Assembly: GCA_032249235.1 (NCBI GenBank)
Contig: JAVVGF010000001.1
Span: forward strand, 64,001 to 128,000
From: Thermoproteota archaeon
GTDB taxonomy: Archaea > Thermoproteota > Thermoprotei > Gearchaeales > Gearchaeaceae
Direction of reading: 5' to 3'
DNA length: 64,000 nt
Part shown: positions 9,433 through 19,716 of the stretch, piece by piece
Layout: every line of letters starts with the position of its first letter
How positions within the stretch are numbered: the stretch's first letter is position 1
Notes under the pieces: generated by a model
The model's input: the letters and a program-made list of their open reading frames with translations, nothing else
The model's database searches: none
Told to the model about the DNA's origin: nothing
Translations under genes and position numbers: made by a program

Positions 9433-10227
9433 TTGACTACTTTTTCTCATGTGGAAAGCATCGTAATAAAATTGGGCGGATCAGTCATAACTTATAAAGA
9501 TAAGCCTTTAACTGCGAGGATTAACGATATAAACAGGCTTTCGAGAGAAATCGCAGAAGTGCTTGCTGATGTTAGATTGTGCATCGTTCATGGAGGAGGC
9601 AGTTTTGGTCATTACATTGCAAAAAAATATTCAATATATTCTGGAATTCCTCGTATTAAAATAGGTCTTTCCATACTTGAACTCGAAATGCGAAGATTAA
9701 ATTTGATCATAGCAGAATCTATGATAAATCATGGAATACCTGTATTACCTTTTTCTCCTTCAAATATTATCCTAACTAAAGAGAGAACAATATCTCAATT
9801 CTTTAAAGATTCGATCTTGAAGGCTATTGAATGGGGTTATGTACCTTTAATCTATGGAGATTACGTATTCGATGAAGCTTATTCCTGCATAATCTATTCT
9901 GGTGATCAGTTAAGTTTAGAATTATGCAAATTAATGAATGCGAAGAAAATAATTTTTTGTTTAGATGTTGCAGGAGTTTATGATAAAGATCCGAAAAAAT
10001 ATAATGATGCTAGATTGCTCAAAGAAATCAATCATGAAGATATCCCTAAACTTTTAGGAAATATGAGTAAAGGGGAAGATGTTACAGGAGGAATCTACAA
10101 TAAAATAAGTGTAGCTTATGAAGCAGCAAAATTAGGAATAAAATCAATTTTCATCAATGGTCTTTCGCATAATTTATTACAAAGGGTAATTTTAGGAAAA
10201 GACTTTGTTGGGACGATAGTATATTAA
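9433..10227 (+). CDS. ipk: Isopentenyl phosphate kinase (start may be GTG at 9451)
   Basis: KLGGSVIT.K, VHGGGSFGH, SGD, DVTGG; isoprenoid cluster. Confidence 0.92.
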   Translation: MTTFSHVESIVIKLGGSVITYKDKPLTARINDINRLSREIAEVLADVRLCIVHGGGSFGHYIAKKYSIYSGIPRIKIGLSILELEMRRLNLIIAESMINHGIPVLPFSPSNIILTKERTISQFFKDSILKAIEWGYVPLIYGDYVFDEAYSCIIYSGDQLSLELCKLMNAKKIIFCLDVAGVYDKDPKKYNDARLLKEINHEDIPKLLGNMSKGEDVTGGIYNKISVAYEAAKLGIKSIFINGLSHNLLQRVILGKDFVGTIVY

Positions 10228-10255
10228 TTTAAAGCTTATTTTTGAATAGAATAGG

Positions 10256-11215
10256 ATGAACGATCTAAAAGATTATGCAGAAAAAATTACAAAATTTCTA
10301 GTAAACTACTTATCAGAATTGCATCCTGAAATTTTAAAGAATTCATCATCTCACATAATAATTTCAGGAGGAAAAAGATTGAGACCATATCTTTTGCTGA
10401 AAGTCGCTGAAAGCTATGGTTGCAATATAAATGAAATTATGTATGCTGCAATTTCTGTAGAATTGATACACAATTTCAGTTTAGTTCATGACGACATAAT
10501 GGATAATGATCAATTCAGACATGGTAAACCAACTGTCCACGTTGCTTATGGTATACCTTTCGCCATACTTGCAGGTGATACTTTGTTCTCTTTGGCTTTT
10601 AACGCAATTAGAAGATTAAAGATAACTAAAGAAAAAAAGCTTAGATTATATGATGAGCTATCTTTAGCTACGCTTAAACTATCAATAGGACAAGCTTATG
10701 ATATGTATTTATCATCATCGAAAATTTTTAGCGAAAGGCTTTATTATGAAACTGTTAAGAACAAAACTGCTGCGCTCTTTGAATGCAGTGCAGTAATGGG
10801 CGCTATATTAGGCGGAGCTAAAAAAGAAGAAATAGAAAATTTGAGAAGAGCAATTCGTTATGCAGGAATTGCTTTTCAAATCAAAGATGATATTTTAGGA
10901 GTATTTGGAGATCCAAAAGTAACTGGGAAGCCTGTAGGTAACGATGTAAAAGAAGGCAAGAAGACTTTAATTACGATCTATGCTAGCAAAAAAGTCAAAG
11001 ATAGACTGTTCAATTTCTTAGGAAATAGGGATGTAAAAGAGGAAGATTTAAAAAATTTCATAAGGGAACTTAAAGAAATAGGCGCTTATGAATATGCATT
11101 GAACAAAGCTAAAAAATTCGAAAATATGGCTTTCTATTATTCAAAACGCATAAATCAAAAATTAAATAATTTCCTAAATTCCTTCATATCTTTCTTAGTA
11201 GAAAGGGAGTTTTGA
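10256..11215 (+). CDS. Geranylgeranyl diphosphate synthase (polyprenyl synthetase)
   Basis: GGKRLRP, HDDIMD (FARM), FQIKDDILG (SARM), GKPVGND. Confidence 0.92.
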   Translation: MNDLKDYAEKITKFLVNYLSELHPEILKNSSSHIIISGGKRLRPYLLLKVAESYGCNINEIMYAAISVELIHNFSLVHDDIMDNDQFRHGKPTVHVAYGIPFAILAGDTLFSLAFNAIRRLKITKEKKLRLYDELSLATLKLSIGQAYDMYLSSSKIFSERLYYETVKNKTAALFECSAVMGAILGGAKKEEIENLRRAIRYAGIAFQIKDDILGVFGDPKVTGKPVGNDVKEGKKTLITIYASKKVKDRLFNFLGNRDVKEEDLKNFIRELKEIGAYEYALNKAKKFENMAFYYSKRINQKLNNFLNSFISFLVEREF

Positions 11216-12990
11216 TGGAAGAAGAATTAAAAGATTTAATTTTCAGAAAAGCTTTATCGAATGCTTATAAGCATGAAGGTAAAGCTAGCAAAGATGCTGT
11301 AATAAGAAAAGTTATATTCTTAAAACCAGAATTGAGGCAAAGGATAAGAGAAATCATTCCTTTAATAGAAAAAATCATAGCAGAAGTTAATTCTCTTTCT
11401 TTAGAAGAACAATATAATTATCTTTTAGCTAAGTATCCTGAAGAATTGAAAGAAGAGAAAATAGAAGCCAAGCGCTTTGAGCTACCTGAGCTAGAAGGTG
11501 CTGAATTAGGAAAAGTCGTAACGCGTTTTGCTCCTAATCCAGATGGCCCTTTGCATATTGGTAATATAAGGGCTATGCTATTGTCTCATGAATATGCAAG
11601 AATCTATAAAGGCAAGTTCATTTTAAGGCTTGAAGATACCGATCCTAGAACTAAGAAACCTTTGCTTCATATTTTCAAAGACGAGAAAAAAGATTATGAA
11701 TACATATTAAGAGACTTAGAATGGTTCGAAGCTTATCCTGATGAAATTTATATTCAATCCGACCGCTTGAAAATCTATTATAACATAGCTGAAGAAATGT
11801 TCAAAAAGGGTATTCTTTATGTTTGTTTTTGTAATAAAGAAGAAATTGCTAAAAATAGAGCCATAGGTAAAGCATGTGTTCATAGAGAAAGAGAATTGGA
11901 GAAAAATTTGAGCGATTTCGATAAGATGATCGAAGGAGCATATTTAAATGAAAATGCAGTCGTAAGGATTAAAACAGATCTTTCTCATCCTGATCCAAGT
12001 GTTAGGGATTGGATAGCCTTCAGAATGATAAATCCTAAAGAATATCCTCATCCAAGATTGGATTCGATAATTTCTTATTTGGGTCATTTACCTTACCTAT
12101 GGCCTACCTATAACTTCGCATCAACAGTAGATGATCATTTGATGGGCATCACGCATATTTTCAGAGCTAAAGAACATATGGGAAATACTATAAAACAATC
12201 CTATATTTACAAAGCTATGGATTGGAAGCAACCATATACAATACATTATGGAAGGATAAAATTCGAAGGTGTTGTTTTATCAAAGAGCAAAATAATTGAA
12301 GGGATGAAGAAAGGAATTTATGAAGGATTTCATGATGTCGACTTAGCTACGATAATATCTTTTAGAGAAAGAGGTTTTCTTCCTAGATCGATAAAACAAC
12401 TCATATTAGAGATGGGTACAAAGCCTGTTGAAGCTAAAATTAGCTTCGAAAACTTGCATGCTATAAATAGGAAAATAATTGATCCTATCGCTGATAGATA
12501 CTTTTTCGTCAAAGAACCTGTTTTAGTAAAAATAAAACTTGAATTACCTCAAAAAATTAAAAGACAACTGCATCCTTCAAGACAAGAATTTTTTGAATTC
12601 CAAATAATTCCAGAAAATGGCTATGCGAATATTTTCTTGGATAGAAATGATTTGAAAGAAGATTTTGAAGTTAGGTTAATGGAACTAGGAAATTTCAGAA
12701 TAATTAAAAGAGATTCATTTTATGAAGGTTTTCCTTTAGAAGATCAATCATTAGAATATGCAAGAGAAAAGAAATTGAAGTTAATTCAATGGGTATATCA
12801 AGGATATTCTTTAGATTGCGAAGTAAAAGTTCCTTCGTATATTTTCGGTAAAAAAACTATAACAGGTAAAGTAGAAGCCCAAATTGAAAAACTCAAGCCT
12901 AATACTTTTGTTCAATTTGTGAGATATTTCTTTGCTAAGTTTCATAGCATTAATGAAAAGGTTGCTCGTTTTTATTATTTGCATGATTAA
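11212..12990 (+). CDS. gltX: Glutamate--tRNA ligase
   Basis: TRFAPNPDGPLHIGN, LRLEDTDP, LSKS; C-terminal QFVR. Confidence 0.96.
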   Translation: MMEEELKDLIFRKALSNAYKHEGKASKDAVIRKVIFLKPELRQRIREIIPLIEKIIAEVNSLSLEEQYNYLLAKYPEELKEEKIEAKRFELPELEGAELGKVVTRFAPNPDGPLHIGNIRAMLLSHEYARIYKGKFILRLEDTDPRTKKPLLHIFKDEKKDYEYILRDLEWFEAYPDEIYIQSDRLKIYYNIAEEMFKKGILYVCFCNKEEIAKNRAIGKACVHRERELEKNLSDFDKMIEGAYLNENAVVRIKTDLSHPDPSVRDWIAFRMINPKEYPHPRLDSIISYLGHLPYLWPTYNFASTVDDHLMGITHIFRAKEHMGNTIKQSYIYKAMDWKQPYTIHYGRIKFEGVVLSKSKIIEGMKKGIYEGFHDVDLATIISFRERGFLPRSIKQLILEMGTKPVEAKISFENLHAINRKIIDPIADRYFFVKEPVLVKIKLELPQKIKRQLHPSRQEFFEFQIIPENGYANIFLDRNDLKEDFEVRLMELGNFRIIKRDSFYEGFPLEDQSLEYAREKKLKLIQWVYQGYSLDCEVKVPSYIFGKKTITGKVEAQIEKLKPNTFVQFVRYFFAKFHSINEKVARFYYLHD

Positions 12991-13042
12991 AAAATAATGC
13001 TTAAATACCCTGTATTATGTTTAAATTATTACTGATCTAAGC

Positions 13043-13456
13043 ATGTCTAGCAAAAAACCTATGTATGTGAGATTTGAAGTGAGCCCAGATTTATACAGTA
13101 AAATATATGATTTCGTTAGACAATGTAGAGAAACAGGTAAAATAAAGAAAGGAGTCAATGAAACGACGAAATCTGTTGAAAGAGGCTTGGCAAAATTTGT
13201 GATAATAGCTGAAAACGTAGATCCACCTGAAATCGTTGCACACTTACCTCTGATTTGTGAAGAGAAAGGAATCCCATACTTATATGTCGAAGATAAGAAG
13301 AAACTCGGAGAAGCTGCAGGAATTAATGTAGCAGCTTCTTCTGTTGCTATTTTGGATATAGGCAATGCGAAGAGCCTATATGATGAACTATTAAGTAAAT
13401 ATTCCGAATTTAGAGCTAAAGTTGTACCACAAGAAGCTAAAGCAGCTAAGAAGTAA
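13043..13456 (+). CDS. rpl7ae: 50S ribosomal protein L7Ae (eL8)
   Basis: [25 protein letters not shown]. Confidence 0.97.
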   Translation: MSSKKPMYVRFEVSPDLYSKIYDFVRQCRETGKIKKGVNETTKSVERGLAKFVIIAENVDPPEIVAHLPLICEEKGIPYLYVEDKKKLGEAAGINVAASSVAILDIGNAKSLYDELLSKYSEFRAKVVPQEAKAAKK

Positions 13457-13671
13457 TGAGTGAAAAACAAGAAGCTACACCTGCAGAAGTAATAGAAATA
13501 TTAGGTAGGACTGGAGTAGGAGGAGAAGTTACACAAGTCCGGGCTAGAATACTTGAAGGAAAGGATAAAGGTAGAGTGCTAACTAGAAATGTAATGGGTC
13601 CAGTAAGAGTTGGAGATATATTAATGCTTAGAGAAACTGAAAGGGAAGCTAGGAAATTAACTACAAAGTAA
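13456..13671 (+). CDS. rps28e: 30S ribosomal protein S28e
   Basis: [33 protein letters not shown]. Confidence 0.97.
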   Translation: MSEKQEATPAEVIEILGRTGVGGEVTQVRARILEGKDKGRVLTRNVMGPVRVGDILMLRETEREARKLTTK

Positions 13672-13856
13672 TGGTAACCGAATACATTTGTAGTTTTTGC
13701 GGTTCAAAGTTCGATAAATCAAGAGGTATTACTTACGTTAAAAAAGATGGAACTATACTTAGATTTTGTTCAAGTAAGTGTAGAAAAAATAAAATGCTTA
13801 ACAGAAATCCCGCAAAACTTAAGTGGACAGCTTTTTATCCAAGGTCTTCTAAATAA
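13671..13856 (+). CDS. rpl24e: 50S ribosomal protein L24e
   Basis: CSFCG...FCSSKC, RNP.KLKWT. Confidence 0.96.
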   Translation: MVTEYICSFCGSKFDKSRGITYVKKDGTILRFCSSKCRKNKMLNRNPAKLKWTAFYPRSSK

Positions 13857-13877
13857 AATTTAATTATTTTTGAATTC

Positions 13878-15629
13878 ATGAGAATAAGACAGCCTATATT
13901 AGTAGTACTAGGTCATGTAGATGCAGGAAAAACTTCATTGTTAGATAAAATTAGAGGTACTGCTGTTCAATTGAAGGAAGCAGGTGGTATAACGCAACAT
14001 ATTGGTGCTTCTTTTTTACCTATTCAAGTTATTGAAAAAATAGCTCATGATCTGATTCAAAAATATAAAATAAAATTAACTATACCTGGAGTTTTAATAA
14101 TCGATACTCCTGGTCATGAGATATTCTCAAATTTGAGAAAAAGAGGAGGATCTGTTGCAGATATGGCTATATTAGTTGTTGATATTCAAAAAGGATTTGA
14201 AAAACAAACATACGAAAGCGTTGAAATCCTTAAGCAAAGGAAAGTTCCTTTTGTTGTAGCCTTGAATAAACTTGATAGATTTGAAGGATATAAAGCAGAG
14301 AAAGAATTTTCTTTTCTTAGTTCTCTTTCAAAACAAACTGAATGGGTAAAAGAAAAATTAGATGAAAGGATTTATGAAATCGTAAGCATTTTAGCAAAAC
14401 TAGGATTCGAAGCTGAAAGATTTGATAGAGTTAGAGATTTTTCGAAGCAAGTAGCTATAGTTCCGACAAGTGCCATTTATGGAATCGGTATTGCAGAATT
14501 GTTGCTCGTTGTTAGCGGAATATGTCAAAACTATCTGAAATCAAGCCTTGCTTATACTGAGGGACCTGCACAAGGTGTTGTTCTAGAAGTTAAGGAAGAA
14601 CATGGATTAGGTACAACTATAGATGCAATAATTTACAATGGAATTCTTAAAAAGAATGATACAATTGTCCTTGCTTCTCTTAACGGTATAATCACAACGA
14701 AAGTAAAAGCATTGTTATTACCAAAGCCTTTAGATGAAATGCGTGCTCCTGAAGATAAGTTCAAGAATGTAGAAGAAGTCGTCGCTGCAGTAGGAGTAAA
14801 AATAGTAGCAAGCGATCTAAATGATGTCATTGCAGGTTCTCCTTTATATGTAGCTACGCCAGAAAATTATGAGAAGATAAAGAAATTGGTAGAAGAAGAA
14901 ATTGAGAGTTTAAGAATTAAATCAGACATAACAGGCGTTGTTGTAAAGACAGATACTTTGGGAAGTTTAGAAGCTTTAACTGGTTATCTTAAATCAATGG
15001 GAATACCGATTAGAAGTGCCGATATAGGACCTGTAACTAAAAAAGATGTTTTCGAAGCGTACTTATCAAAGGAAATGAACGCTGTATATGGTGTGATATT
15101 AGCTTTCAATGTCAAAGTTCTCCCGGAAGCAGAAGAAGAAATAAATTCTAAGAAAATTAAGCTAATTAAAGAAAACGTAATCTATAGATTAGTTGAAGAA
15201 TATCTTGAATGGTCGAAGAAAATTAAAGAAGAAGAAAAAAATGAATTGAAGAAGAAGTTGCCGACTCCTGCTATAATAAAAGTTCTTCCAGGCTATGTAT
15301 TTAGAAGAAGTGATCCTGCAATAATAGGCATTGAAGTCGAATTGGGTAAAATAAAGCCAGGTTTAATTCTTATGAATAAAAACAAAAAAATTTTAGGTTC
15401 GATATTGCAAATTCAAGATCAAGGTAAACCTATACCTGAAGCTGTAAAAGGAATGCAAGTAGCGATTTCAATAAAAGGGGAAGCTTTTGTGGGTAGGAAT
15501 TTATTTGAAGGAGAAGAACTTTTCTCTGTTATACAAAGAGATGAGGCTAAAATCTGGCTTGAGAAGTTAAAAGATGAATTAAATGAAGAGGAAATAAAAT
15601 ATTTGGAAAGATGCATAAGAGAAGGCTAA
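13878..15629 (+). CDS. infB: Translation initiation factor aIF5B (IF-2)
   Basis: GHVDAGKT, EAGGITQHIGA, IDTPGHE, NKLD. Confidence 0.96.
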   Translation: MRIRQPILVVLGHVDAGKTSLLDKIRGTAVQLKEAGGITQHIGASFLPIQVIEKIAHDLIQKYKIKLTIPGVLIIDTPGHEIFSNLRKRGGSVADMAILVVDIQKGFEKQTYESVEILKQRKVPFVVALNKLDRFEGYKAEKEFSFLSSLSKQTEWVKEKLDERIYEIVSILAKLGFEAERFDRVRDFSKQVAIVPTSAIYGIGIAELLLVVSGICQNYLKSSLAYTEGPAQGVVLEVKEEHGLGTTIDAIIYNGILKKNDTIVLASLNGIITTKVKALLLPKPLDEMRAPEDKFKNVEEVVAAVGVKIVASDLNDVIAGSPLYVATPENYEKIKKLVEEEIESLRIKSDITGVVVKTDTLGSLEALTGYLKSMGIPIRSADIGPVTKKDVFEAYLSKEMNAVYGVILAFNVKVLPEAEEEINSKKIKLIKENVIYRLVEEYLEWSKKIKEEEKNELKKKLPTPAIIKVLPGYVFRRSDPAIIGIEVELGKIKPGLILMNKNKKILGSILQIQDQGKPIPEAVKGMQVAISIKGEAFVGRNLFEGEELFSVIQRDEAKIWLEKLKDELNEEEIKYLERCIREG

Positions 15630-15660
15630 AATTTTTAAATGGTAGCTAAGAATAAAGTTT

Positions 15661-16008
15661 ATGCCTGAATTCAAGGTCGTCGTTTCAAATCCTAAAGATG
15701 GATCTTCAAAAACTATTGAAGTCAAAGATCCGCAGGCAAGAGCATTGATAGGTCTAAAAATCGGAGATGTTTTTGATGGGATGATAATTGGCTTAAAAGG
15801 TGTGAAGCTGAAGATAACAGGAGGTTCAGATAGATCTGGTTTTCCAATGCTTCCTGGAATACCTGGCTCTGTTAAGAAAAGCATAATACTAAGTAGAGGA
15901 ATAGGTATGAAATCAAAAAAATATACAAGAAAGAGGAAAACAGTAAGAGGGAATACAATAAGCGAGGATACTGCCCTCATAAATACCGTTATTGTTGAAC
16001 AGACATAA
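15661..16008 (+). CDS. rps6e: 30S ribosomal protein S6e
   Basis: LKITGGSDRSGFPM, RKRKTVRG. Confidence 0.96.
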   Translation: MPEFKVVVSNPKDGSSKTIEVKDPQARALIGLKIGDVFDGMIIGLKGVKLKITGGSDRSGFPMLPGIPGSVKKSIILSRGIGMKSKKYTRKRKTVRGNTISEDTALINTVIVEQT

Positions 16009-16057
16009 TAGCTCAATCCTTTGTTTTAATAAAAGAAATTCTGGTCCTTACAGAAAT

Positions 16058-16087
16058 GAAAGCGCTGTCCTTTAGGGCGGAGGTCAG
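16058..16087 (+). mobile_element. Putative IS200/IS605-family right-end remnant (hairpin followed by TCAG)
   Basis: GC-rich GAAAGCGCTGTCC-TTTA-GGGCGG-AGGTCAG in an AT-rich spacer; resembles the recalled 3' end of archaeal tnpB elements (...CCGCCCTTTAGGGCGGGGAGGAGGTCAG); no tnpA or tnpB nearby. Confidence 0.5.
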
Positions 16088-16169
16088 ATTAAGCAATTTA
16101 AACGACTTGAATAAGCTGTTTCTATAATTTTAGTTTAGTTTTAAATTCTTGTTAATTAGATTAAGAAAT

Positions 16170-17426
16170 GTGTTTGAAGAACTCGGTCAGCCTAAAATTA
16201 ATATTGGAACATTAGGTCATGTAGATCATGGAAAAACTACATTAGTTCATTCTTTAACAGGCGTTTGGACATCAAAATATTCTGAAGAAATAAGAAGAGG
16301 TATGACAATAAAATTAGGATATGCAACTGCTGTTATAATGAAGTGTCCTCGTTGCTTACCTCCAGATAGTTACCAAACTTATGCTTTATCTAATAACGGA
16401 AAATGTATTCATTGTGGTTCAGATTTGATACCTATAAGGAAGGTTTCATTCGTTGATTGTCCAGGTCATGATATGTTAATTGCTACAATGCTATCTGGTG
16501 CTGCTGTAATGGATGCTGCTGTGTTAGTCATCGATGCTACTGTTCCATGCCCTCAACCTCAAACAAGAGAACATTTAAAAGCTATGGAAATCATAGGTCT
16601 TAAAAACATTATAATAGTTCAAAATAAGCTCGATGTCGTAACTAAAGAAAGAGCAATGGAAAATTATAAAGAAATAAAAGACATGATCGCTTCTACATTT
16701 CTTGCAGATATAAATCCGCCTGTTATTCCTGTTTCAGCTCTTCATAAAGCAAATTTAGATTTATTGATTGAAGGCTTTGAGACATATTTCCACACACCTG
16801 TCAAAGATGAAACTTCGAATCCTTTAGTATATGTAGTGAGATCTTTTGATGTAAACAAACCAGGAACAAAATATAATGAGATAAGAGGAGGCGTGATAGG
16901 AGGTTCAATAATAAAAGGAAAGTTGAAAGTAGGAGACGAAATCGAAATAAAACCTGGATTCAGAGTTAAAAAAGAAGGTAAAATAGTCTATGTTCCTCTC
17001 ACAACAAAAGTAGTAAATCTAAAAAGTGATGATTTGAATTTAAAAGAAGCAGTAGCAGGTGGTTTAATAGGTATTGAAACAGAGCTTGATCCATCGATTG
17101 CAAAAGGAGATCAATTAGTAGGTAATGTTGTAGGATTGGTAGGAAAAACACCCCCAGTATGGAATTCTTTAAGAATAAATTACACACTTTTTGATGTAGT
17201 AGTAGGTATTAAAGAGCCAATAAAAGTCGAGCCTATAAAACCTAAAGAAGAACTTGTTTTGAACGTAGGGCCTGCAAGAACAATAGGCATTGTAACTTCT
17301 GTTAAAAATGATTCTTTAACGATTAATTTATCTATACCAGTATGTGCTGAATTGAAAACGAAAGTAGCGATAAGCAGGAAAATAGCTGGTAAATGGAGAT
17401 TAGTAGGTTATGGTGAAATCATATGA
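16170..17426 (+). CDS. eif2g: Translation initiation factor aIF2 subunit gamma (start placed at GTG 16170; the ORF track starts at 16149)
   Basis: NIGTLGHVDHGKTT, RGMTIKLGY, zinc knuckle, DCPGH, PQPQTREH, QNKLD, WRLVGYG. Confidence 0.95.
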   Translation: MFEELGQPKINIGTLGHVDHGKTTLVHSLTGVWTSKYSEEIRRGMTIKLGYATAVIMKCPRCLPPDSYQTYALSNNGKCIHCGSDLIPIRKVSFVDCPGHDMLIATMLSGAAVMDAAVLVIDATVPCPQPQTREHLKAMEIIGLKNIIIVQNKLDVVTKERAMENYKEIKDMIASTFLADINPPVIPVSALHKANLDLLIEGFETYFHTPVKDETSNPLVYVVRSFDVNKPGTKYNEIRGGVIGGSIIKGKLKVGDEIEIKPGFRVKKEGKIVYVPLTTKVVNLKSDDLNLKEAVAGGLIGIETELDPSIAKGDQLVGNVVGLVGKTPPVWNSLRINYTLFDVVVGIKEPIKVEPIKPKEELVLNVGPARTIGIVTSVKNDSLTINLSIPVCAELKTKVAISRKIAGKWRLVGYGEII

Positions 17427-17800
17427 GATATTTTTTCTTAGATACGAGTTTCATACTATCTTTAATTGAAAAAGGAAAAGACCTGGTTAATTTGAGTCAA
17501 GATTATTTAAATGAATTACTTATCCCTGCTACTTCACTTTCTGTAATAAAAGAGTTAGAAAATCTATCTAAGAATAAAAGTTATGAAAGGAAGGTTAATT
17601 TAGCTAAGCAAATAATTTCAAAATACAAAATATTCGAAGATGATTCCCAAAACGCCGATGAGAGCCTATTAGAGCTTTGCAAAAAGTATAATGGAATTCT
17701 TGCTACTGCAGATATTGAACTTCTAAACAGAGCACTGGAAAAGGGTATAGCTGTGATGTTTTTAAAACATGGAAGAAAGCTTGTTTATTTTGAGAGTTAA
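17423..17800 (+). CDS. PIN-domain protein (Fcf1/Utp24-like, conserved next to aIF2-gamma)
   Basis: FLDTSF, ELE, ADE, ATAD acidic PIN residues; conserved position. Confidence 0.8.
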   Translation: MRYFFLDTSFILSLIEKGKDLVNLSQDYLNELLIPATSLSVIKELENLSKNKSYERKVNLAKQIISKYKIFEDDSQNADESLLELCKKYNGILATADIELLNRALEKGIAVMFLKHGRKLVYFES

Positions 17801-17854
17801 TTATTTAAACAAATACTCTTTAAATATTAACTCACTAAACTGAAGTGAGTTAAG

Positions 17855-18418
17855 TTGTTCAGGATAGTTAATGCAAAGGCTACTATAGCCATACCTGCAA
17901 ATTCGCTTAGACCTAAAATAGATCTAGACAAATTGCTTTTAGATTTAGCTAGAGAAGAATATGAAGATCGATATATTGAAGGCATAGGATATGTAATTGC
18001 AGTTACATCTGCTAAATCTCCTAGATTTGCTACAGTATTTCCGAGATCAGGTAATTTATATACTGAAGCAGAAATGGAAATGCTTGTTTGGTATCCATTG
18101 CTTAAAGAAGTAATCTATGCAGAAGTTGTAGATGTTAGAGAATTCGGAGTATTTTTACAAATAGGTCCAATTGAAGGATTGGTGCATATTTCACAAGTAT
18201 TGGATGACTTCGTTAGCTATGATAAAAGAGGAGCAAGAATATTGGCTAAGAAAACTAAGAGGATTTTGAATAAATTTGATGACGTAAGAGCTAGAATAAT
18301 ATCTGTAAGTTCAGGTCAATCTGAATCTTTTAAGCTTGCCTTTACGATGAGACAGCCTTTCTTAGGTAAACTTGAATGGATAAAAGAAGATTTGGAAAAA
18401 ATAGCTAAAAAGAAGTGA
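17855..18418 (+). CDS. rpoE1: RNA polymerase subunit E' (Rpo7)
   Basis: EFGVF..IGPIEGLVHISQV, TMRQPFLGKLEWI. Confidence 0.95.
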   Translation: MFRIVNAKATIAIPANSLRPKIDLDKLLLDLAREEYEDRYIEGIGYVIAVTSAKSPRFATVFPRSGNLYTEAEMEMLVWYPLLKEVIYAEVVDVREFGVFLQIGPIEGLVHISQVLDDFVSYDKRGARILAKKTKRILNKFDDVRARIISVSSGQSESFKLAFTMRQPFLGKLEWIKEDLEKIAKKK

Positions 18419-18419
18419 C

Positions 18420-18629
18420 ATGGTGAGAAAAGCAAGCTATGGCTACAAAGCATGTATTTCTTGCAAGATGTTAGTAGATAAGAAAGAAAAAATCTGCCCT
18501 AATTGTGGAAGTAAAGATTTCTCTGATGAATGGAGTGGAATGATAATAATATTTAATGTCAAAGAATCTCAACTTGCTTCAATCTTAAATATCAAGAAAG
18601 AAGGTATGTATGCAATCAAAGTCAGATAA
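18420..18629 (+). CDS. spt4: Transcription elongation factor Spt4 (RpoE'')
   Basis: ACISC...CPNCGS...WSG...GMYAIKV. Confidence 0.95.
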   Translation: MVRKASYGYKACISCKMLVDKKEKICPNCGSKDFSDEWSGMIIIFNVKESQLASILNIKKEGMYAIKVR

Positions 18630-19185
18630 ATTATTATTTTTAAAGAAAGCTAAGAAAGAAAGACTTTTTTATTTAAGATCCAATGCTAAATTTAAGTCCT
18701 TAAGAAAAAAATTGAAAAAAACTCTAGGTATGCTAATACCTTTAGAACATCCTTATTCTACAGATTATTTGAAGGAATTAATTTCTTTTCTTAATCCTTC
18801 CCAAATAATAACAGTAGGTGATAAGATAACTTTCTTAGCTATCGAAAGAGGAATAAAGCCTGATCTTGCTATTATTGACAATAAAGTTGAGAGGGAAGAT
18901 TTTATCTTCGAAGCTAGAAAATATTTTAAAAAGATTATTGAAACAGAAAATCCTCCAGGAATGATAACTAATGAAGCCTATGAAAAGATAAAAATTGCAA
19001 TAAAAGATACTGGGAATTTAATAGAAGTTAAAGGTGAAGAAGATCTACTGACTTTGTTAGCTATTAAGGAGAGCAAAATCAATGCACTTGTAATATACGG
19101 AGTGCCTAATTTGGGCATTTCGGTCGTTTATTGCACAAAATATAAAAAGGATTATGTCGATAAGATATTCTTAAGAGGAAGATAA
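18610..19185 (+). CDS. DUF359 family GTP-dependent dephospho-CoA kinase (start uncertain)
   Basis: TVGD, IIDNKVER, NPPG.I, GEEDL, YGVP; conserved spt4-DUF359-rps24e order. Confidence 0.85.
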   Translation: MQSKSDKLLFLKKAKKERLFYLRSNAKFKSLRKKLKKTLGMLIPLEHPYSTDYLKELISFLNPSQIITVGDKITFLAIERGIKPDLAIIDNKVEREDFIFEARKYFKKIIETENPPGMITNEAYEKIKIAIKDTGNLIEVKGEEDLLTLLAIKESKINALVIYGVPNLGISVVYCTKYKKDYVDKIFLRGR

Positions 19186-19186
19186 A

Positions 19187-19552
19187 ATGTCAATAAGCAA
19201 CATGAATATACTATTCCAATTTCAAAACCCCTATTTAAATAGGACAGAATATTTTCTTGAATTAAATCTTTCAGAAAAGAAGATTTTAATGAGGAATGAA
19301 TTGAGAGAGATATTATCAAAACAATTCAATAAACCTCCTGAACTGATTATAATTAGAAGAATTAGATATGAATATGGTGGCTTACGTGCATATGCAGATG
19401 TTAGGGTTTATGAGGATAAAGAAAGTTTGAATATTGAACCCAAGCATATAATCTTAAGACATTTAAGTAAAGAAGAGAGATCAAAGATAATAGAAGAGAT
19501 GAAGAAAAAGAGATTAGAAGCTAAAAAAGCTAAAGAGGTATCTAAGAAATGA
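19187..19552 (+). CDS. rps24e: 30S ribosomal protein S24e
   Basis: [14 protein letters not shown]...EPKHIILR; operon position. Confidence 0.88.
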   Translation: MSISNMNILFQFQNPYLNRTEYFLELNLSEKKILMRNELREILSKQFNKPPELIIIRRIRYEYGGLRAYADVRVYEDKESLNIEPKHIILRHLSKEERSKIIEEMKKKRLEAKKAKEVSKK

Positions 19553-19716
19553 GCGTTATACATAAACTTTACGATATTGATTATTCTACAGGTAAAGTAA
19601 AGAGGAAAAATAAAAAATGTCCTAGATGCAACGTATTCATGGCAAGACATAATAATCCTCCTAGATGGGCTTGTGGTAAGTGCGGCTATACAGAGTTCAT
19701 TCCAGTTAAGAAATAA
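19549..19716 (+). CDS. rps27ae: 30S ribosomal protein S27ae (eS31), 55 aa
   Basis: Hand translation [55 protein letters not shown]; below the ORF-track length cutoff. Confidence 0.95.
   Translation: MSVIHKLYDIDYSTGKVKRKNKKCPRCNVFMARHNNPPRWACGKCGYTEFIPVKK

Noticed and set aside
13021-13470. 149-aa antisense ORF over rpl7ae (likewise 1491-1751, 2371-2715, 15579-16016, 19408-19752, 46560-46886, 49469-49900, 55620-56168 and other short shadow ORFs)
   Set aside because: They lie opposite well-supported genes, have S/F/I/L-rich composition typical of antisense frames and show no motifs.
13878-15629. Possible intein in aIF5B or other large genes
   Set aside because: Lengths are normal and no intein splice-junction or LAGLIDADG motifs were seen.
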